Notes under the pieces: generated by a model
The model's input: only the letters and a program-made list of their open reading frames with translations
What the model was told of the DNA's origin: nothing
Databases searched by the model: none
Program-made: the position numbers and the translations under genes
Origin: Actinomycetes bacterium
GTDB lineage: Bacteria; Actinomycetota; UBA4738; HRBIN12
DNA length: 61,294 nucleotides
Direction of reading: 5' to 3'
NCBI GenBank assembly: GCA_021155985.1
Contig: JAJNBA010000004.1
Coordinates: forward strand, 1 to 61,294
Part shown: positions 1-10,342 of the stretch, piece after piece
How the letters are laid out: the number at the start of each line of letters is the position of its first letter
How positions within the stretch are numbered: the first letter of the stretch is position 1

Positions 1-568
1 CGACCAGCTCGAGGACCCGGATCTGGTGACCGAGGTCGAGGCCCGTCGTGGGTTCGTCGAGGAGGAGGAGCGGCGCCTCTTGCGCGAGCGCGCGCGCGAG
101 CACGGCCCGCTGCAGCTCACCGCCGGAGAGCGAGTCGAGGCGCCGCCCCGCCGCCCATCCGAGCTCGAGTTGCTCGAGCGCGGTCGCGACGGCCATCAGA
201 TCCGCCTTGCGCTCCGTGCCCAAGACGCCGAGGTGTGGCGTCCGACCCAACAGGACGTACTCCGTCACCCTGATCCCCTCGGGGATGACCGGCTTCTGCG
301 GCACGAGCGCGACGAGACGCGCTCGCTCGCGACGGGGGTAGGACCCCAGCTCGCGTCCCCACAGATCGACCCGGCCCTCGAAGGGGAGCAGACCGGCCAC
401 GGCATGCACCAGCGTGGTCTTCCCGGCGCCGTTCGGCCCGATCGCGCACACCCACGAGCCCGAAGAGACCTCGAACGCGACGTCGCGGAGGATCTCCTGT
501 CCGCCGAGACGGACACCGAGGCTCGACACTCCCAGGGCGATCGCATCGAGGTCGCTGTGCGCTGTCAC
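1..568 (-). CDS. ABC transporter ATP-binding subunit, BtuD/FecE type (partial, runs off window)
   Basis: Manual translation from GTG at 568 (GTGA overlap with permease stop): Walker A GPNGAGKT, signature LSGGE, Walker B LLLLDEPT. Not in the ORF track. Confidence 0.9.
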   Translation of the reverse strand, partial: MTAHSDLDAIALGVSSLGVRLGGQEILRDVAFEVSSGSWVCAIGPNGAGKTTLVHAVAGLLPFEGRVDLWGRELGSYPRRERARLVALVPQKPVIPEGIRVTEYVLLGRTPHLGVLGTERKADLMAVATALEQLELGWAAGRRLDSLSGGELQRAVLARALAQEAPLLLLDEPTTGLDLGHQIRVLELV

Positions 569-1578
569 ACTGACCTCCTCCCCGCTCGCCGGAGGGCCAG
601 CACGAAAAACGGCGCACCGACGAACGCGGTGATCACGCCGATGGGGATCTCCGCCGGAGCCACCGCCGTACGAGCCAAGATGTCGACGAGGATCAGGAAC
701 GAGGCCCCGAAGAGCACCGAGAGCGGCAACACCTGCCGGTACGACGTGCCTGCGAGCAGCCGGACCGTGTGCGGGACGATGATCCCGACGAATCCGATCA
801 GTCCCGCGACGGACACGGCGGCCGCGGTGGCGAGCGACGCGGCCACGACGACCACGAGCCGGAGCCGGCCCACGTTCAGCCCGAGGCTCTCGGCCTCGAG
901 ATCCCCTACCTCGATCACATCGAGCAGCCGGCGGACCAGCCAGAGGGTCGTCACGGCGACCAGAACGGAAGGGAGCGCGATCCGGGCGTCGTCCCAGCCG
1001 GTCGTCCCGAGGCGACCGAGGATCCACGAATAGACCTGTCGGAGCGTCTCGGCGTTCTGTTGCTGGATGAACGTCTGCACCGCGGTGAGGAACGACGCCA
1101 CCGCGATGCCGCCGAGGATCAAACTGGTCGAGGATCGGCTGCCCAGGCTGGATCGTCCGAGGCCGTACGCCATCCCGACCCCCGCAACCGCCCCGATGAA
1201 CGCGGCGAGGGGCACCGTGATCGCGAACGCGGTCGCGGGACCGAAGACCACCGCGACCGTGGCCCCGAGGCCGGCGCCGGCGGCTGCCCCGAGGAGGTAC
1301 GGGTCGGCCAGCGGATTCCGGAATACGGCCTGATACGCCGCGCCCGATGCGGACAGCGACGCCCCCACGAGCGCCGCGACGAGCACTCGAGGGAGGCGCA
1401 GGTTCCCCAGGATGGCCGCCTGTTGCTCCGACATGCCGTCCGGCGGGTCGCCGAACGAGACCAGCCATCGGAGCGCGTCACTCGCAGCGATGTGCACCGG
1501 CCCCACGAGCAGACCCGCCACGATCGACAGGAGGAGCAGCCCGACGGCGACCGTGAGCCAGCGAGCGCGCCGGCTCAC
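565..1578 (-). CDS. FecCD/BtuC-family ABC permease (cobalamin)
   Basis: RLPRV, FRNPLADPYLLG, IGFVGIIVPH and EIPIGVITA motifs; GTG start overlaps the stop of the binding-protein gene. Confidence 0.9.
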   Translation of the reverse strand: MSRRARWLTVAVGLLLLSIVAGLLVGPVHIAASDALRWLVSFGDPPDGMSEQQAAILGNLRLPRVLVAALVGASLSASGAAYQAVFRNPLADPYLLGAAAGAGLGATVAVVFGPATAFAITVPLAAFIGAVAGVGMAYGLGRSSLGSRSSTSLILGGIAVASFLTAVQTFIQQQNAETLRQVYSWILGRLGTTGWDDARIALPSVLVAVTTLWLVRRLLDVIEVGDLEAESLGLNVGRLRLVVVVAASLATAAAVSVAGLIGFVGIIVPHTVRLLAGTSYRQVLPLSVLFGASFLILVDILARTAVAPAEIPIGVITAFVGAPFFVLALRRAGRRSV

Positions 1579-2516
1579 GCGGCACTCATCTCCGGCACGC
1601 TCTCGACCGCGGCCGCGATCCGGCGCAGGTAGTCGACGACCCGCGGTCCCCACCGGGACGCGACATCATCGTTCAGGGGGATCACCCCACCATGCACGAC
1701 GGCATCGATCCGGGCCCAGCCGGGACGCTCCGACACGGTGCGCGGCGACTGGCCACAGCACTTCGTGTCGGCGAGGAAGATCAGGTCGGGGTCCGCTTCG
1801 ATGATGTACTCGGCCGACAGCTGCGGGTAGCCCCCGCCGGCGCCCTTCGCCTCGTCCGCGATGTTCCGGAGCCCGACGAGCGAGTACAGCTGGCCGATGA
1901 ACGTCGAGGACGTGACCGAGTAATACGTGTCGTCCAGCTCGTGATAGAAGCTCAGCGGCGGGTCGGGCGTTTCGATCGACTCGACGATCGCGTCGATGTC
2001 CCCTCGCATCTCCTCCACGAGTTCGGCCGCCTCGGTCGTGTTGCCGGTCGCCATCCCGAGCTGGTCGATCTGGTCGTACACGTCTTCGAGCGTCGCCGGT
2101 GCGTCCTGTTGCAGCGTTGGGATGCCGAGCCCCTCGAGCGAGGAACCGAGGTCACCCGGTTCCGTCGCATACACAACGAGGTCTGGCTCGTAGGAAACGA
2201 TCGCCTCCACGTTCGGCTCGAACCCCGAGAGATCCGTCTGCGGGGCCTCTGCCGGGAAGTTCGACTGGTCATCGACGGCCTCGATCTGCTCGCCGGCACC
2301 GATCCCGAACAACATCTCGGTCGCCGTCGGGGAGAGGGACACGATGCGCTCCGGGCGACGCTCGAGCGTCACATCGCCGTTCGCTGCGGCGATCGTGACC
2401 GGGAAGGCGGAGCCAGGCCGTGGCGTCTCGGGCGAGGCCTGGGGCGTCGTGGGCTCCCCACAGGAAGCGAGGAGGAGCAGGATGGCGACGATACCGCCGA
2501 CGGTTCGGTGGATCAT
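1575..2516 (-). CDS. BtuF-like substrate-binding lipoprotein
   Basis: Lipobox LLASC, PERIVSLSPTATEMLF motif; directly downstream of a cobalamin riboswitch. Confidence 0.9.
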   Translation of the reverse strand: MIHRTVGGIVAILLLLASCGEPTTPQASPETPRPGSAFPVTIAAANGDVTLERRPERIVSLSPTATEMLFGIGAGEQIEAVDDQSNFPAEAPQTDLSGFEPNVEAIVSYEPDLVVYATEPGDLGSSLEGLGIPTLQQDAPATLEDVYDQIDQLGMATGNTTEAAELVEEMRGDIDAIVESIETPDPPLSFYHELDDTYYSVTSSTFIGQLYSLVGLRNIADEAKGAGGGYPQLSAEYIIEADPDLIFLADTKCCGQSPRTVSERPGWARIDAVVHGGVIPLNDDVASRWGPRVVDYLRRIAAAVESVPEMSAA

Positions 2517-2558
2517 GGCGCGTCTCCCTTCACGCGAAGGTGACGGTCCTCTCGCGCT

Positions 2559-2730
2559 CGGGCAGGTCTCCTGACTCCCGGATCCTCGCTCCCCGACCCT
2601 TCCCGGGCCCTTCCCGATGAGATGGCCCAGTGGTTCGTGTCGGGTTCGCTCCCCGGTCACAGTGGCGCGACCGTGCCGGACTCACACCGGCTTCCCTCTT
2701 CGGGCTCGAACGGGATACGCCCGCCGAGCC
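2559..2730 (-). promoter_or_regulatory. Cobalamin (B12) riboswitch
   Basis: Minus strand reads AAGAGGGAAGCCGGTGTGAGTCCGGCACGGTCGCGCCACTGTGA ... CCACTGGG...GGGAAGG ... GAGTCAGGAGACCTGCC (B12 box), upstream of the btu-like operon. Ends approximate. Confidence 0.93.
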
Positions 2731-2794
2731 CTCCGGCCGCCGAAGCGGCCACTCGGGCACGTGAACCTCTGTGCCGCGAAGTCTAGCGCGGTTC

Positions 2795-3178
2795 CTAGAT
2801 CGGGCTGCACCAGCTGGATCGCTCTACCGTCCAGCCCGGATCGAGCGGCGCGAGGATCATCGTGACCTCCCCGAACTCGTCCGTATCGACGACAACTCGC
2901 TCCGTCCCAGGGCTCGGCCCGGGCTGACCTGCCGCGACCGCTGCACCGATCGCCTCATCCGACGCCTGGGCCTCGAGGCGCTCCAGCTCGGCGCCGACGG
3001 CCTCGTCCCGCGTGGCCATCCCGTCGCCACCGGCCTCGTTCATCGACCGAGTGGGAGTGAACCCCTCCGGACATGAGCCTCGGCCGTCCTCGTCGGAGCC
3101 CGAACACGAGAGCGCCCCGATCGTGAAGACCAGCGACACGGACAGCCGCGCGAGCAGCTTGGACGACCTCGGTGCCAT
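2795..3178 (-). CDS. Hypothetical lipoprotein
   Basis: Signal peptide with lipobox-like ALSC, acidic mature part. Confidence 0.6.
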   Translation of the reverse strand: MAPRSSKLLARLSVSLVFTIGALSCSGSDEDGRGSCPEGFTPTRSMNEAGGDGMATRDEAVGAELERLEAQASDEAIGAAVAAGQPGPSPGTERVVVDTDEFGEVTMILAPLDPGWTVERSSWCSPI

Positions 3179-3227
3179 GGCGTGACCGTACCGAGTCTCC
3201 ATCTCGACGTGTGGGATGCTCTCCCGC

Positions 3228-3887
3228 ATGCCCGCCCCGAGCAAGCGCACGCAGGTCCACCGTCACCCCGAGCGGGGTGACTACGACCGCGCCACGATCG
3301 ACCAGATCCTGGACGAGGCGCTCATCTGTCACGTCGCCTTCAACGATGGCGACAGCGCCCCCCGCTGCCTGCCCACGATCCACGCACGCGTGGGCGACAC
3401 GGTCTATCTGCACGGCTCCACGGCCGCCCGCGCCTGGAAGGCCCTCCGCGCCGGCGCCGAGGTCTGCATCGTGGCCACCATCGTCGACGGTCTGGTGATG
3501 GCGCGCAGCGCCTTCAACCACTCCATGAACTACCGGTCCGTCGTGGTCTTCGGGACGGCCCGCGAGGTCACCGAGGAAGAGGAACTGCACACGGCCGCGG
3601 CGGCGATCACCTCGCATGTCGCCCCCGGCCGCGAAGATGAAGCCCGGATGCCCACCGCCGCCGAGTACCGACAGACCCTCCTGCTCGCGGTCCCGATCGA
3701 GGAAGCATCGGCCAAGGTCCGCTCGGGTCCGCCGAAGGACGACGAGGAGGACATGGAGCTGCCGATCTGGGCCGGCGTGCTCCCGCTCCACACGCGACCC
3801 GGCGAGCCGCAACCCGATCCTCAGCTCAGCGGGGACCTCGATGTTCCTCCCTCCGTCTCCGGGTACCACCGACCCGGCGGGCAGTGA
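3228..3887 (+). CDS. Pyridoxamine 5'-phosphate oxidase-like (NimA-type) flavin-binding protein
   Basis: ILDEALICHVAF, YLHGS and ARSAFNHSMNYRSVV motifs. Confidence 0.88.
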   Translation: MPAPSKRTQVHRHPERGDYDRATIDQILDEALICHVAFNDGDSAPRCLPTIHARVGDTVYLHGSTAARAWKALRAGAEVCIVATIVDGLVMARSAFNHSMNYRSVVVFGTAREVTEEEELHTAAAAITSHVAPGREDEARMPTAAEYRQTLLLAVPIEEASAKVRSGPPKDDEEDMELPIWAGVLPLHTRPGEPQPDPQLSGDLDVPPSVSGYHRPGGQ

Positions 3888-5101
3888 ACTCACCCGTCGA
3901 GCGGGGTCCACGGCTCCGCGACAGCTTCCGCGCGATGCCGCGCACCGCGTGGATCCTGTTCGCAGGCACGTTCGTGCTCCGGCTCGGGAGTTTCGTCTTC
4001 CCGTTCCTCGCGCTGTACCTGACGAAGAACGGACTCTCGGTGACCGAGGCCGGTCTGGCGATCACGGGGTACGGGATCGGGGCGATGCTCGCGCAGTTCT
4101 CCGGCGGTCTGCTGACGGACCGGATCGGTCGCCGGAACGCGATCGCGATCTCGATGATCACCTCGGCCGGGCTGGTCCTCCTCCTGCTCCAAGCACGATC
4201 CCTTCCCGCGGTGCTCACGATCGTCGTCGTCTACTCGTTCTTCGCGGAGCTCCACCGCCCCGCTTCGGGTGCCCTGATCGCCGACCTGATCCCTCCGGAG
4301 CACCGTGTCGCCGCGTACGCGTTCAACCGGCTGTTGTTCAACCTCTCTTTCGCGATCGGTCTCGCGATCGGGGGACTCCTCGCGGAGGAGCACTTCCGCG
4401 AGCTGTTCATCGCCGACGCCGCCACCTCGGTGGTCTTCGGCCTGATCTCGCTGGTCGCGCTCCCCCACGGCACGCGCACCACCCGAGCGCAGGATCGGGA
4501 GATCGGCAGCGCTCGGGCCGCGATCCTCGCCGATCGGGGGTTCCTGCTGGTCCTCGCGGCGATCCTCGCGGGGGGGCTCGTCTACGCGCAGGGGTACTCC
4601 ACGTTCCCGCTGTGGGTCCGCGACCTGGGCTTCCCCGAGAGGGTCTACGGGTTCCTGCAGGGTGGGAACGGCTTCCTCGTCGCGATCTTCGAGCTCGGCG
4701 TCACCGCGATCGCGATGCGATACCCGCGGATCCGGATGATCGCCCTGGGCGTACTCCTCACGGGCCTCGGGTTCGGAGCGTTCGGCATCCTCTTGACGGG
4801 GATCGGGATGGCCGGCGCGGTCTTCGTGTGGACCTTCGGCGAGATGTTCGGATCTCCGAGCACCGCGGCGTTCATCGCCGACCGAGCGCCGGCGCATCTC
4901 CGAGGCCGGTATCAGAGCAGCCTGGGGCTCACGTACTCGCTCGCGTTCACGATCGGGCCGATCGGGGGAACGGCGATCTACGAGTGGTGGCCACGAGGCC
5001 TCTGGATCACCTGCGCAGCACTCGGTGTGGCCGGAGCAGCCCTGGCCCTCGCGGGTGAGCGGTATCCCGCACCCGCTCCGGTCGACTCGCCTCCCGGTTG
5101 A
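3884..5101 (+). CDS. MFS transporter
   Basis: About 12 hydrophobic segments, motif A GLLTDRIGRR, APAHLRGRY. Confidence 0.88.
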   Translation: MNSPVERGPRLRDSFRAMPRTAWILFAGTFVLRLGSFVFPFLALYLTKNGLSVTEAGLAITGYGIGAMLAQFSGGLLTDRIGRRNAIAISMITSAGLVLLLLQARSLPAVLTIVVVYSFFAELHRPASGALIADLIPPEHRVAAYAFNRLLFNLSFAIGLAIGGLLAEEHFRELFIADAATSVVFGLISLVALPHGTRTTRAQDREIGSARAAILADRGFLLVLAAILAGGLVYAQGYSTFPLWVRDLGFPERVYGFLQGGNGFLVAIFELGVTAIAMRYPRIRMIALGVLLTGLGFGAFGILLTGIGMAGAVFVWTFGEMFGSPSTAAFIADRAPAHLRGRYQSSLGLTYSLAFTIGPIGGTAIYEWWPRGLWITCAALGVAGAALALAGERYPAPAPVDSPPG

Positions 5102-5122
5102 CGCTCGGCGGCTCCCAAGCTA

Positions 5123-5155
5123 TATATCGAGCCGATATACCGCCCCGATATATCG
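5123..5155. promoter_or_regulatory. Candidate PadR operator (palindromes)
   Basis: TATATCG-AGC-CGATATA (5123-5139) and CGATATATCG (5146-5155), an AT-rich island upstream of padR. Confidence 0.6.
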
Positions 5156-5183
5156 CGGCGCTACGTGGAAGGGATGCTCGAAC

Positions 5184-5801
5184 ATGCTCGAACTCGCGGT
5201 CCTGGGTCTGCTGAAGGAGCGGCCCATGCACGGCTACCAGCTCTCCCGTGAGCTGGGCGATTCGCTCGGAGGCCTGTGGAGGGTCTCCTACGGTTCCCTC
5301 TATCCGACGCTGCGCCGTCTGGAGCGGGACGCCGCGATCGAGTCGGAGGCGGGAGACGTGCGAGGCGCCCGCAGGAAGAAGGTCTACCGGATCACCCCCA
5401 AGGGAGAGCAGATCTTCCTCGAGCTCCTACAGGAGTCGCCGCAGGACACGCAGACGGAAGACGCTCGTTTCCGGATGCGCCTGGCGTTCTTCCGCTACCT
5501 GCCACCGGAGACGCGGATCCGGTTGCTGGAACGACGTCGTCAGGCGCTGAAGGAGCGTCTGTCCACGATCGACGAGTCGGTCCGCACCGGCCGTGGCGGC
5601 ACGGACGATTACGGACGCGCGCTGATCGAGCACAACCGCACCATCACCGAGTCGGACATCACGTGGCTCGAGCAGCTGATCGCGGCCGAACGCGCCAAGA
5701 ACCCGCCCACCGGGGGACTGAAGCGCCGCCGCGCGGCACTGCGGGCACGAACGGGCTCAAGCAGCGGAGCGGTAGCCCGAGGAAAGGAGCGCATCTCGTG
5801 A
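5184..5801 (+). CDS. PadR-family transcriptional regulator
   Basis: [20 protein letters not shown]...[12 protein letters not shown]; coupled to ino1, as commonly seen in actinobacteria. Confidence 0.9.
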   Translation: MLELAVLGLLKERPMHGYQLSRELGDSLGGLWRVSYGSLYPTLRRLERDAAIESEAGDVRGARRKKVYRITPKGEQIFLELLQESPQDTQTEDARFRMRLAFFRYLPPETRIRLLERRRQALKERLSTIDESVRTGRGGTDDYGRALIEHNRTITESDITWLEQLIAAERAKNPPTGGLKRRRAALRARTGSSSGAVARGKERIS

Positions 5802-6928
5802 GCAAGGTCCGGATCGCGATCGTGGGCGTGGGCAACTGCGCCTCATCGCTCGTGCAGGGGTTGACGTACTACCGGGACGCGGATCCGTCCGAGAAGGTCC
5901 CGGGCCTGATGCACGTCGAGCTGGGCGGGTATCACGTCGGCGACGTCGAGGTCGTCGCGGCGTTCGACGTCGACGCGAAGAAGGTCGGTAAGGACGTCGC
6001 CGAGGCGATCTTCACCGAACCGAACAACACGATCCGGTTCGCCGAGGATGTCCTGCCGACCGGGGTCACCGTGAGCCGTGGGCGGACGCTCGACGGTCTC
6101 GGCGCGTTCTACCGCGAGGTGATCGAGGAGTCCGACGAGCCCGAGGCCGACGTCGTCCGGGTCCTGCGGGACGCGGAGGCCGACGTCCTGGTCTCCTACC
6201 TGCCGGTCGGGTCCGAGGAGGCAGCGAGGTTCTACGCGCAGTGTGCGATCGATGCCGGCGTGGGCTTCGTGAACTGCCTCCCGGCGTTCATCGCCTCGGA
6301 CCCGCTCTGGGCGCGGAAGTTCGGCGAGGCCGGCGTGCCGATCGTGGGTGACGACATCAAGTCGCAGGTCGGGGCCACCATCACCCACCGGATGCTCGCG
6401 AAGCTCTTCGAGGATCGCGGCGCCGAGCTCGACCGTACGTACCAACTGAACTTCGGCGGCAACATGGACTTCATGAACATGCTCGAGCGCTCCCGGCTGA
6501 CCTCGAAGAAGATCTCGAAGACGCAGTCGGTCCAGTCGCAGCTCGATGTGCCGCTCGACAAGGACTCGATCCACATCGGACCCTCGGACCACGTCCCGTG
6601 GCTGGAGGATCGCAAGTGGGCGATGATCCGCCTCGAGGGCCGCAACTTCGGCGACGTCCCGATCTCGGTCGAGATGAAACTCGAGGTATGGGACTCGCCC
6701 AACTCCGCCGGTGTCGTGATCGATGCCGTCCGTTGCGCGAAGCTCGCGAAGGATCGTGGGATCGGCGGGCCCCTGATCGGGCCCAGTGCCTACTTCATGA
6801 AGTCGCCGCCGGTGCAGTTCTCGGATGCGGCGGCACACGACATGGTGGAGAGCTTCATCCTCGGCAACGGCCACGCCGAGGATCAGGACTGGACCCGGTT
6901 CTTCGACGTCCAGTCCGCCGAGGCCTGA
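5798..6928 (+). CDS. ino1: Myo-inositol-1-phosphate synthase
   Basis: [31 protein letters not shown] and VWDSPNSAG motifs. Confidence 0.95.
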   Translation: MSKVRIAIVGVGNCASSLVQGLTYYRDADPSEKVPGLMHVELGGYHVGDVEVVAAFDVDAKKVGKDVAEAIFTEPNNTIRFAEDVLPTGVTVSRGRTLDGLGAFYREVIEESDEPEADVVRVLRDAEADVLVSYLPVGSEEAARFYAQCAIDAGVGFVNCLPAFIASDPLWARKFGEAGVPIVGDDIKSQVGATITHRMLAKLFEDRGAELDRTYQLNFGGNMDFMNMLERSRLTSKKISKTQSVQSQLDVPLDKDSIHIGPSDHVPWLEDRKWAMIRLEGRNFGDVPISVEMKLEVWDSPNSAGVVIDAVRCAKLAKDRGIGGPLIGPSAYFMKSPPVQFSDAAAHDMVESFILGNGHAEDQDWTRFFDVQSAEA

Positions 6929-6970
6929 CCGGCCGGAGTCTCCTGCTGCCTCGGATAGCCTGACGGCTCG

Positions 6971-8428
6971 GTGAACATCGGGCCGGGCACGCTGGAACGG
7001 ATCCGTGGGGCTCTCGCGAGCCCGGATTTCCGCAAGTTGTTCGCGATCCGGCTCGTCAGCCAGTCCTCCGACGGGCTGTTCCAGGCGGCCCTCGTGGCCT
7101 CCGTGGTCTTCCTGTCCCCGGAGCAGCAGGACACCGCCACCGGCTTCCTGAAAGCGACGCTCGTCATCGCGCTCCCCTACTCGATCCTCGGGCCGTTCGT
7201 CGGCGTCTTCATCGACCGGTGGCGACGTCGGAGGATCCTGCTGTTCGCCCCATGGGTCAAGGCGGCGTTGGTGGGGCTCGTCCTCTTCGATCCGGTCGAC
7301 CAAGCCGGCCCCTTCCTCGCGGGGGCGCTCCTCATCATGTCGGTGAACCGGTTCTTCCTGTCGACCGCCGCCGCCGTCGTCCCGCGGCTCGTCCCGCACG
7401 AGGACCTCCTCGTCGCGAACTCCCTGGCCACGGTCGGTGGCACCGTGGCGTTGCTCTCCGGTGTGTTCGTCGGAGGTCGTGTCATCGATGTCGTCGACAT
7501 CACCGCCCCGGTGGTCATCGCGGCAGGCGTCGGCTGGCTCGCTGCCTCGTGGATCGCGTCGCGGATCGCGAGCTCGCTCAGGCCCCACACGAAGCCCGAG
7601 GATCCCGGCCTCCTCCGGCACCAGCTGCGGCGCGTCCGCGTGGAGTTCACCGACGGGGCCCGCCGCCTCCTCCGGAGTCCGCGTGCGATCGGCCCGATCG
7701 CGTCCATCACCCTCGACCAGATCGGACAGGGGATCGTCCTCACGCTGTCCCTCGTGGTGTTCCGACACACGTTCGGTGAAGGGGTCGCCTCGTTCTCGAA
7801 CCTGATCGGGGCCGGCGGCATCGGCGTCCTGATCGGCATCCTGACGGTGGGCAAGCTCGAGGAACGGTTCTCGAAGCCGCGGATCGTGGCAGCTGCGTTC
7901 GTGGTCGGCGGGATCGCCCTGATCGCCGTGTCGTTCCTCATCCGGGACTGGAGCATCCTGCTCGCGAGCTTCGCCGTAGGACTCACCTTCGCGTGGAAGA
8001 AGATCTCCATCGACACGATGGTGCAGGAGGCGATCCCCGACGGGTATCGCGGACGCGTGTTCAGCGTGTACGACGTCGTCTACAACCTCGCGAGGGTCAT
8101 CGCGGCGGCGCTCGCGATCCCGATGATCCCTCGCCTCGACGTCGAGGGGTCTCTCGCGATCGTGGGCATCGTGTTCCTCCTGTGGCCCCCGGTGATCGGC
8201 CGCTGGTACGGGCGGGAGCCGGAGGTGGAGCTCGTTCGTACCTGGCGAGAAGAGCGGGACGGGCAACGGCGGCTCGCCTTCCGACTGGCCCTCGAGGACG
8301 GGACGCAGCTCGACGTCAGCCGCCCCGAGCCGGACGGGCCCTGGCGTCTCGATCGCGAGGACGACCGTCTGCCCTCCGACTCGGGGAGGAGCCGTATCGT
8401 GTCCCGAGATCCCATGGAGAGACCATGA
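6971..8428 (+). CDS. MFS transporter with C-terminal soluble extension
   Basis: RLVSQSSDGLFQAAL, GPFVGVFIDRWRRR and YRGRVFSVYD, typical of the actinobacterial MFS found near oriC. Confidence 0.85.
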   Translation: MNIGPGTLERIRGALASPDFRKLFAIRLVSQSSDGLFQAALVASVVFLSPEQQDTATGFLKATLVIALPYSILGPFVGVFIDRWRRRRILLFAPWVKAALVGLVLFDPVDQAGPFLAGALLIMSVNRFFLSTAAAVVPRLVPHEDLLVANSLATVGGTVALLSGVFVGGRVIDVVDITAPVVIAAGVGWLAASWIASRIASSLRPHTKPEDPGLLRHQLRRVRVEFTDGARRLLRSPRAIGPIASITLDQIGQGIVLTLSLVVFRHTFGEGVASFSNLIGAGGIGVLIGILTVGKLEERFSKPRIVAAAFVVGGIALIAVSFLIRDWSILLASFAVGLTFAWKKISIDTMVQEAIPDGYRGRVFSVYDVVYNLARVIAAALAIPMIPRLDVEGSLAIVGIVFLLWPPVIGRWYGREPEVELVRTWREERDGQRRLAFRLALEDGTQLDVSRPEPDGPWRLDREDDRLPSDSGRSRIVSRDPMERP

Positions 8429-9039
8429 ACGAGCGGAGCAGACGGAACGCATCGATCGTCGGCGCGATCGTCCTGGCCCTGCTCTCGATCGGTGCGGGAA
8501 CGCTGATCGCGCTCTCCGATGACGACGAGCGGGCGAGCACGCCGACCACGACCTCGAGCCTCACGCCTTCGGCCGAGCCGAGCGACGAGCCCAGCGTCCC
8601 TCCCGACCCGACGATGCCCGCGTCGCCGGCGCCGCCGGGGGGTGAGTCGCCCGTCCTCGAGGACGGCCACCACTTCGGGTACATCGCGGGTGCATCCCGT
8701 CTGGAGGACGGCACCTCGGAGGTGGAGTTCGACCTGGCGTACTTCTACGTGGGCGAGCCCGCCGAGCGGGAAGCCGCCGAACGCGACGACGAGGTCCTGA
8801 ACGGCTACTACATCGTGAACGAGAACGACCGGCTGCGGACGTTGCCGCTCGCCGATGACGTCGAGGTCGCGTACATCCCCGTCGATGCATGCTGCGACCT
8901 CCGGCCGGGGAGCGTCGACGACTGGCTCGAGGCGATCCTCGAGACGAATCAGACCCCCTACGGCGGTGCGGACGTCCCCTGGTGGTTCACGGTCGAGGGC
9001 GGCGAGATCACGCGGATCGAGCAGCAGTATCTGCCGTAG
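8425..9039 (+). CDS. Hypothetical membrane-anchored/secreted protein
   Basis: N-terminal TM helix, Pro/Thr linker, NGYYIVNEN and C-terminal ITRIEQQYLP; ATGA overlap with the MFS gene. Confidence 0.75.
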   Translation: MNERSRRNASIVGAIVLALLSIGAGTLIALSDDDERASTPTTTSSLTPSAEPSDEPSVPPDPTMPASPAPPGGESPVLEDGHHFGYIAGASRLEDGTSEVEFDLAYFYVGEPAEREAAERDDEVLNGYYIVNENDRLRTLPLADDVEVAYIPVDACCDLRPGSVDDWLEAILETNQTPYGGADVPWWFTVEGGEITRIEQQYLP

Positions 9040-10273
9040 GAATCTCCGTGCTTGCCGTTGCGGTGTCTCGCGCCCGCACAGCGAACAGACCGGCCCCCGC
9101 GGCGATCGCCCCGCTCGCGACGATCGCTTCGGGCGCCCCCCAGAACTCGGCGACCCATCCGGCGATCGGCCCTCCGATCGCGCTGCTTCCCAGGAAGATC
9201 GTCGTGTACAGCGCCATCACGCGTCCACGCATGTCGGCTCGGGTGAACCGCTGCAGCGTGGAGTTCGCCGTGATGGCGAACAGCATCGAGGCGTACCCCA
9301 CCGGCACCATCGCGATCAGCCCCACGACGAACGTCGGCGCCCATCCCGCGACGGCGAGGAACGCACCGAACGCGATCGAGAAGCCGGCCAGCCGGCGCAA
9401 CGTCGGCTCCGTCTGACGGTTCGCCATCGCGATGGCACCGAGGAACGCCCCGAGGCCGAGCGCGGCGTACAGCCACCCGATCTCCATCCCCGAGCCTCGG
9501 TAGGTCCGGTGCGCCTGGAGCGGGATCACGACGCTGAAGTTGAAGGTGAACAGGTACACGAGTGCCATGACGACGAGGGGGACCCGGAGCTCCCGGGAGC
9601 TCCACACGTACCGGAGCCCCGCGCGGACGAGCCCCGGTTCACGCTCGGCCTTGCGTTGGGGGTGAAGCTCGTGGATCCGCATCGCCAGCAGGGCGGCGAT
9701 GACCCCGACGTACGAGATCGCGTCCAGGAGGAAAGGCGACCAGAGCCCGAACGTATCGATCATCGTCCCGGCGATCGCGCCACCGAGCACGCGGGTGCCG
9801 GTGAACACGGCGCTGTTCAGGCTGATCGCGTTCGTGATGTGCTCCTCCCCGACCAGCTCCACATAGAAGGACTGCCGCGTCGGCGGTTCGATCGCGAGGA
9901 TCAACCCGGTCAGGAACGCGATCACGAACACCATCCAGATCTCGACGACGCCCGTGGCGACCAGCGTGAACTGAAGAGCCGCGAGCAGGGCGTAGCCGGC
10001 GTTCGACCAGACGAGGATGCGTCGCTTGTCGAACCTGTCGGCGAGCGAGCCGGCGTAGACCCCGAAGAGGAGGACCGGCAGGAACAGGAGCGCCGCCTCG
10101 ATCCCCAGCGCGACGCCGCTGTCCGTGAGCTCCAGCACGAGCACGGCGCCAGCGGTCCAGTTCACCCAGGTGCCGGTGACGGAGATCAGCTGCCCGACGA
10201 AGAAGAGCCGGAAGTTCCTCGAGACGTGCATCGAGGCGAACGTCTTCCGCATCTCGTCGGCCAGCCGGGACAT
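9008..10273 (-). CDS. MFS transporter (MFS_3-like)
   Basis: NFRLFFVGQLISVTGTW, GSLADRFDKRR, MRGRVMALY. Confidence 0.88.
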   Translation of the reverse strand: MSRLADEMRKTFASMHVSRNFRLFFVGQLISVTGTWVNWTAGAVLVLELTDSGVALGIEAALLFLPVLLFGVYAGSLADRFDKRRILVWSNAGYALLAALQFTLVATGVVEIWMVFVIAFLTGLILAIEPPTRQSFYVELVGEEHITNAISLNSAVFTGTRVLGGAIAGTMIDTFGLWSPFLLDAISYVGVIAALLAMRIHELHPQRKAEREPGLVRAGLRYVWSSRELRVPLVVMALVYLFTFNFSVVIPLQAHRTYRGSGMEIGWLYAALGLGAFLGAIAMANRQTEPTLRRLAGFSIAFGAFLAVAGWAPTFVVGLIAMVPVGYASMLFAITANSTLQRFTRADMRGRVMALYTTIFLGSSAIGGPIAGWVAEFWGAPEAIVASGAIAAGAGLFAVRARDTATASTEIPTADTAARSA

Positions 10274-10342
10274 ACATCCCAGACTACGAGGCGTGACGAA
10301 CCGCCTTCCGCGGGGTGGTGACCGGCGGGTCGGACCGGCCTC

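Noticed and set aside
5843-8452. Long antisense/shadow ORFs (e.g. 5843-8452 -, 47256-49256 -, 40491-41999 -, 28091-29998 -)
   Set aside because: They mirror well-supported genes on the opposite strand; expected in high-GC DNA; no recognisable motifs.
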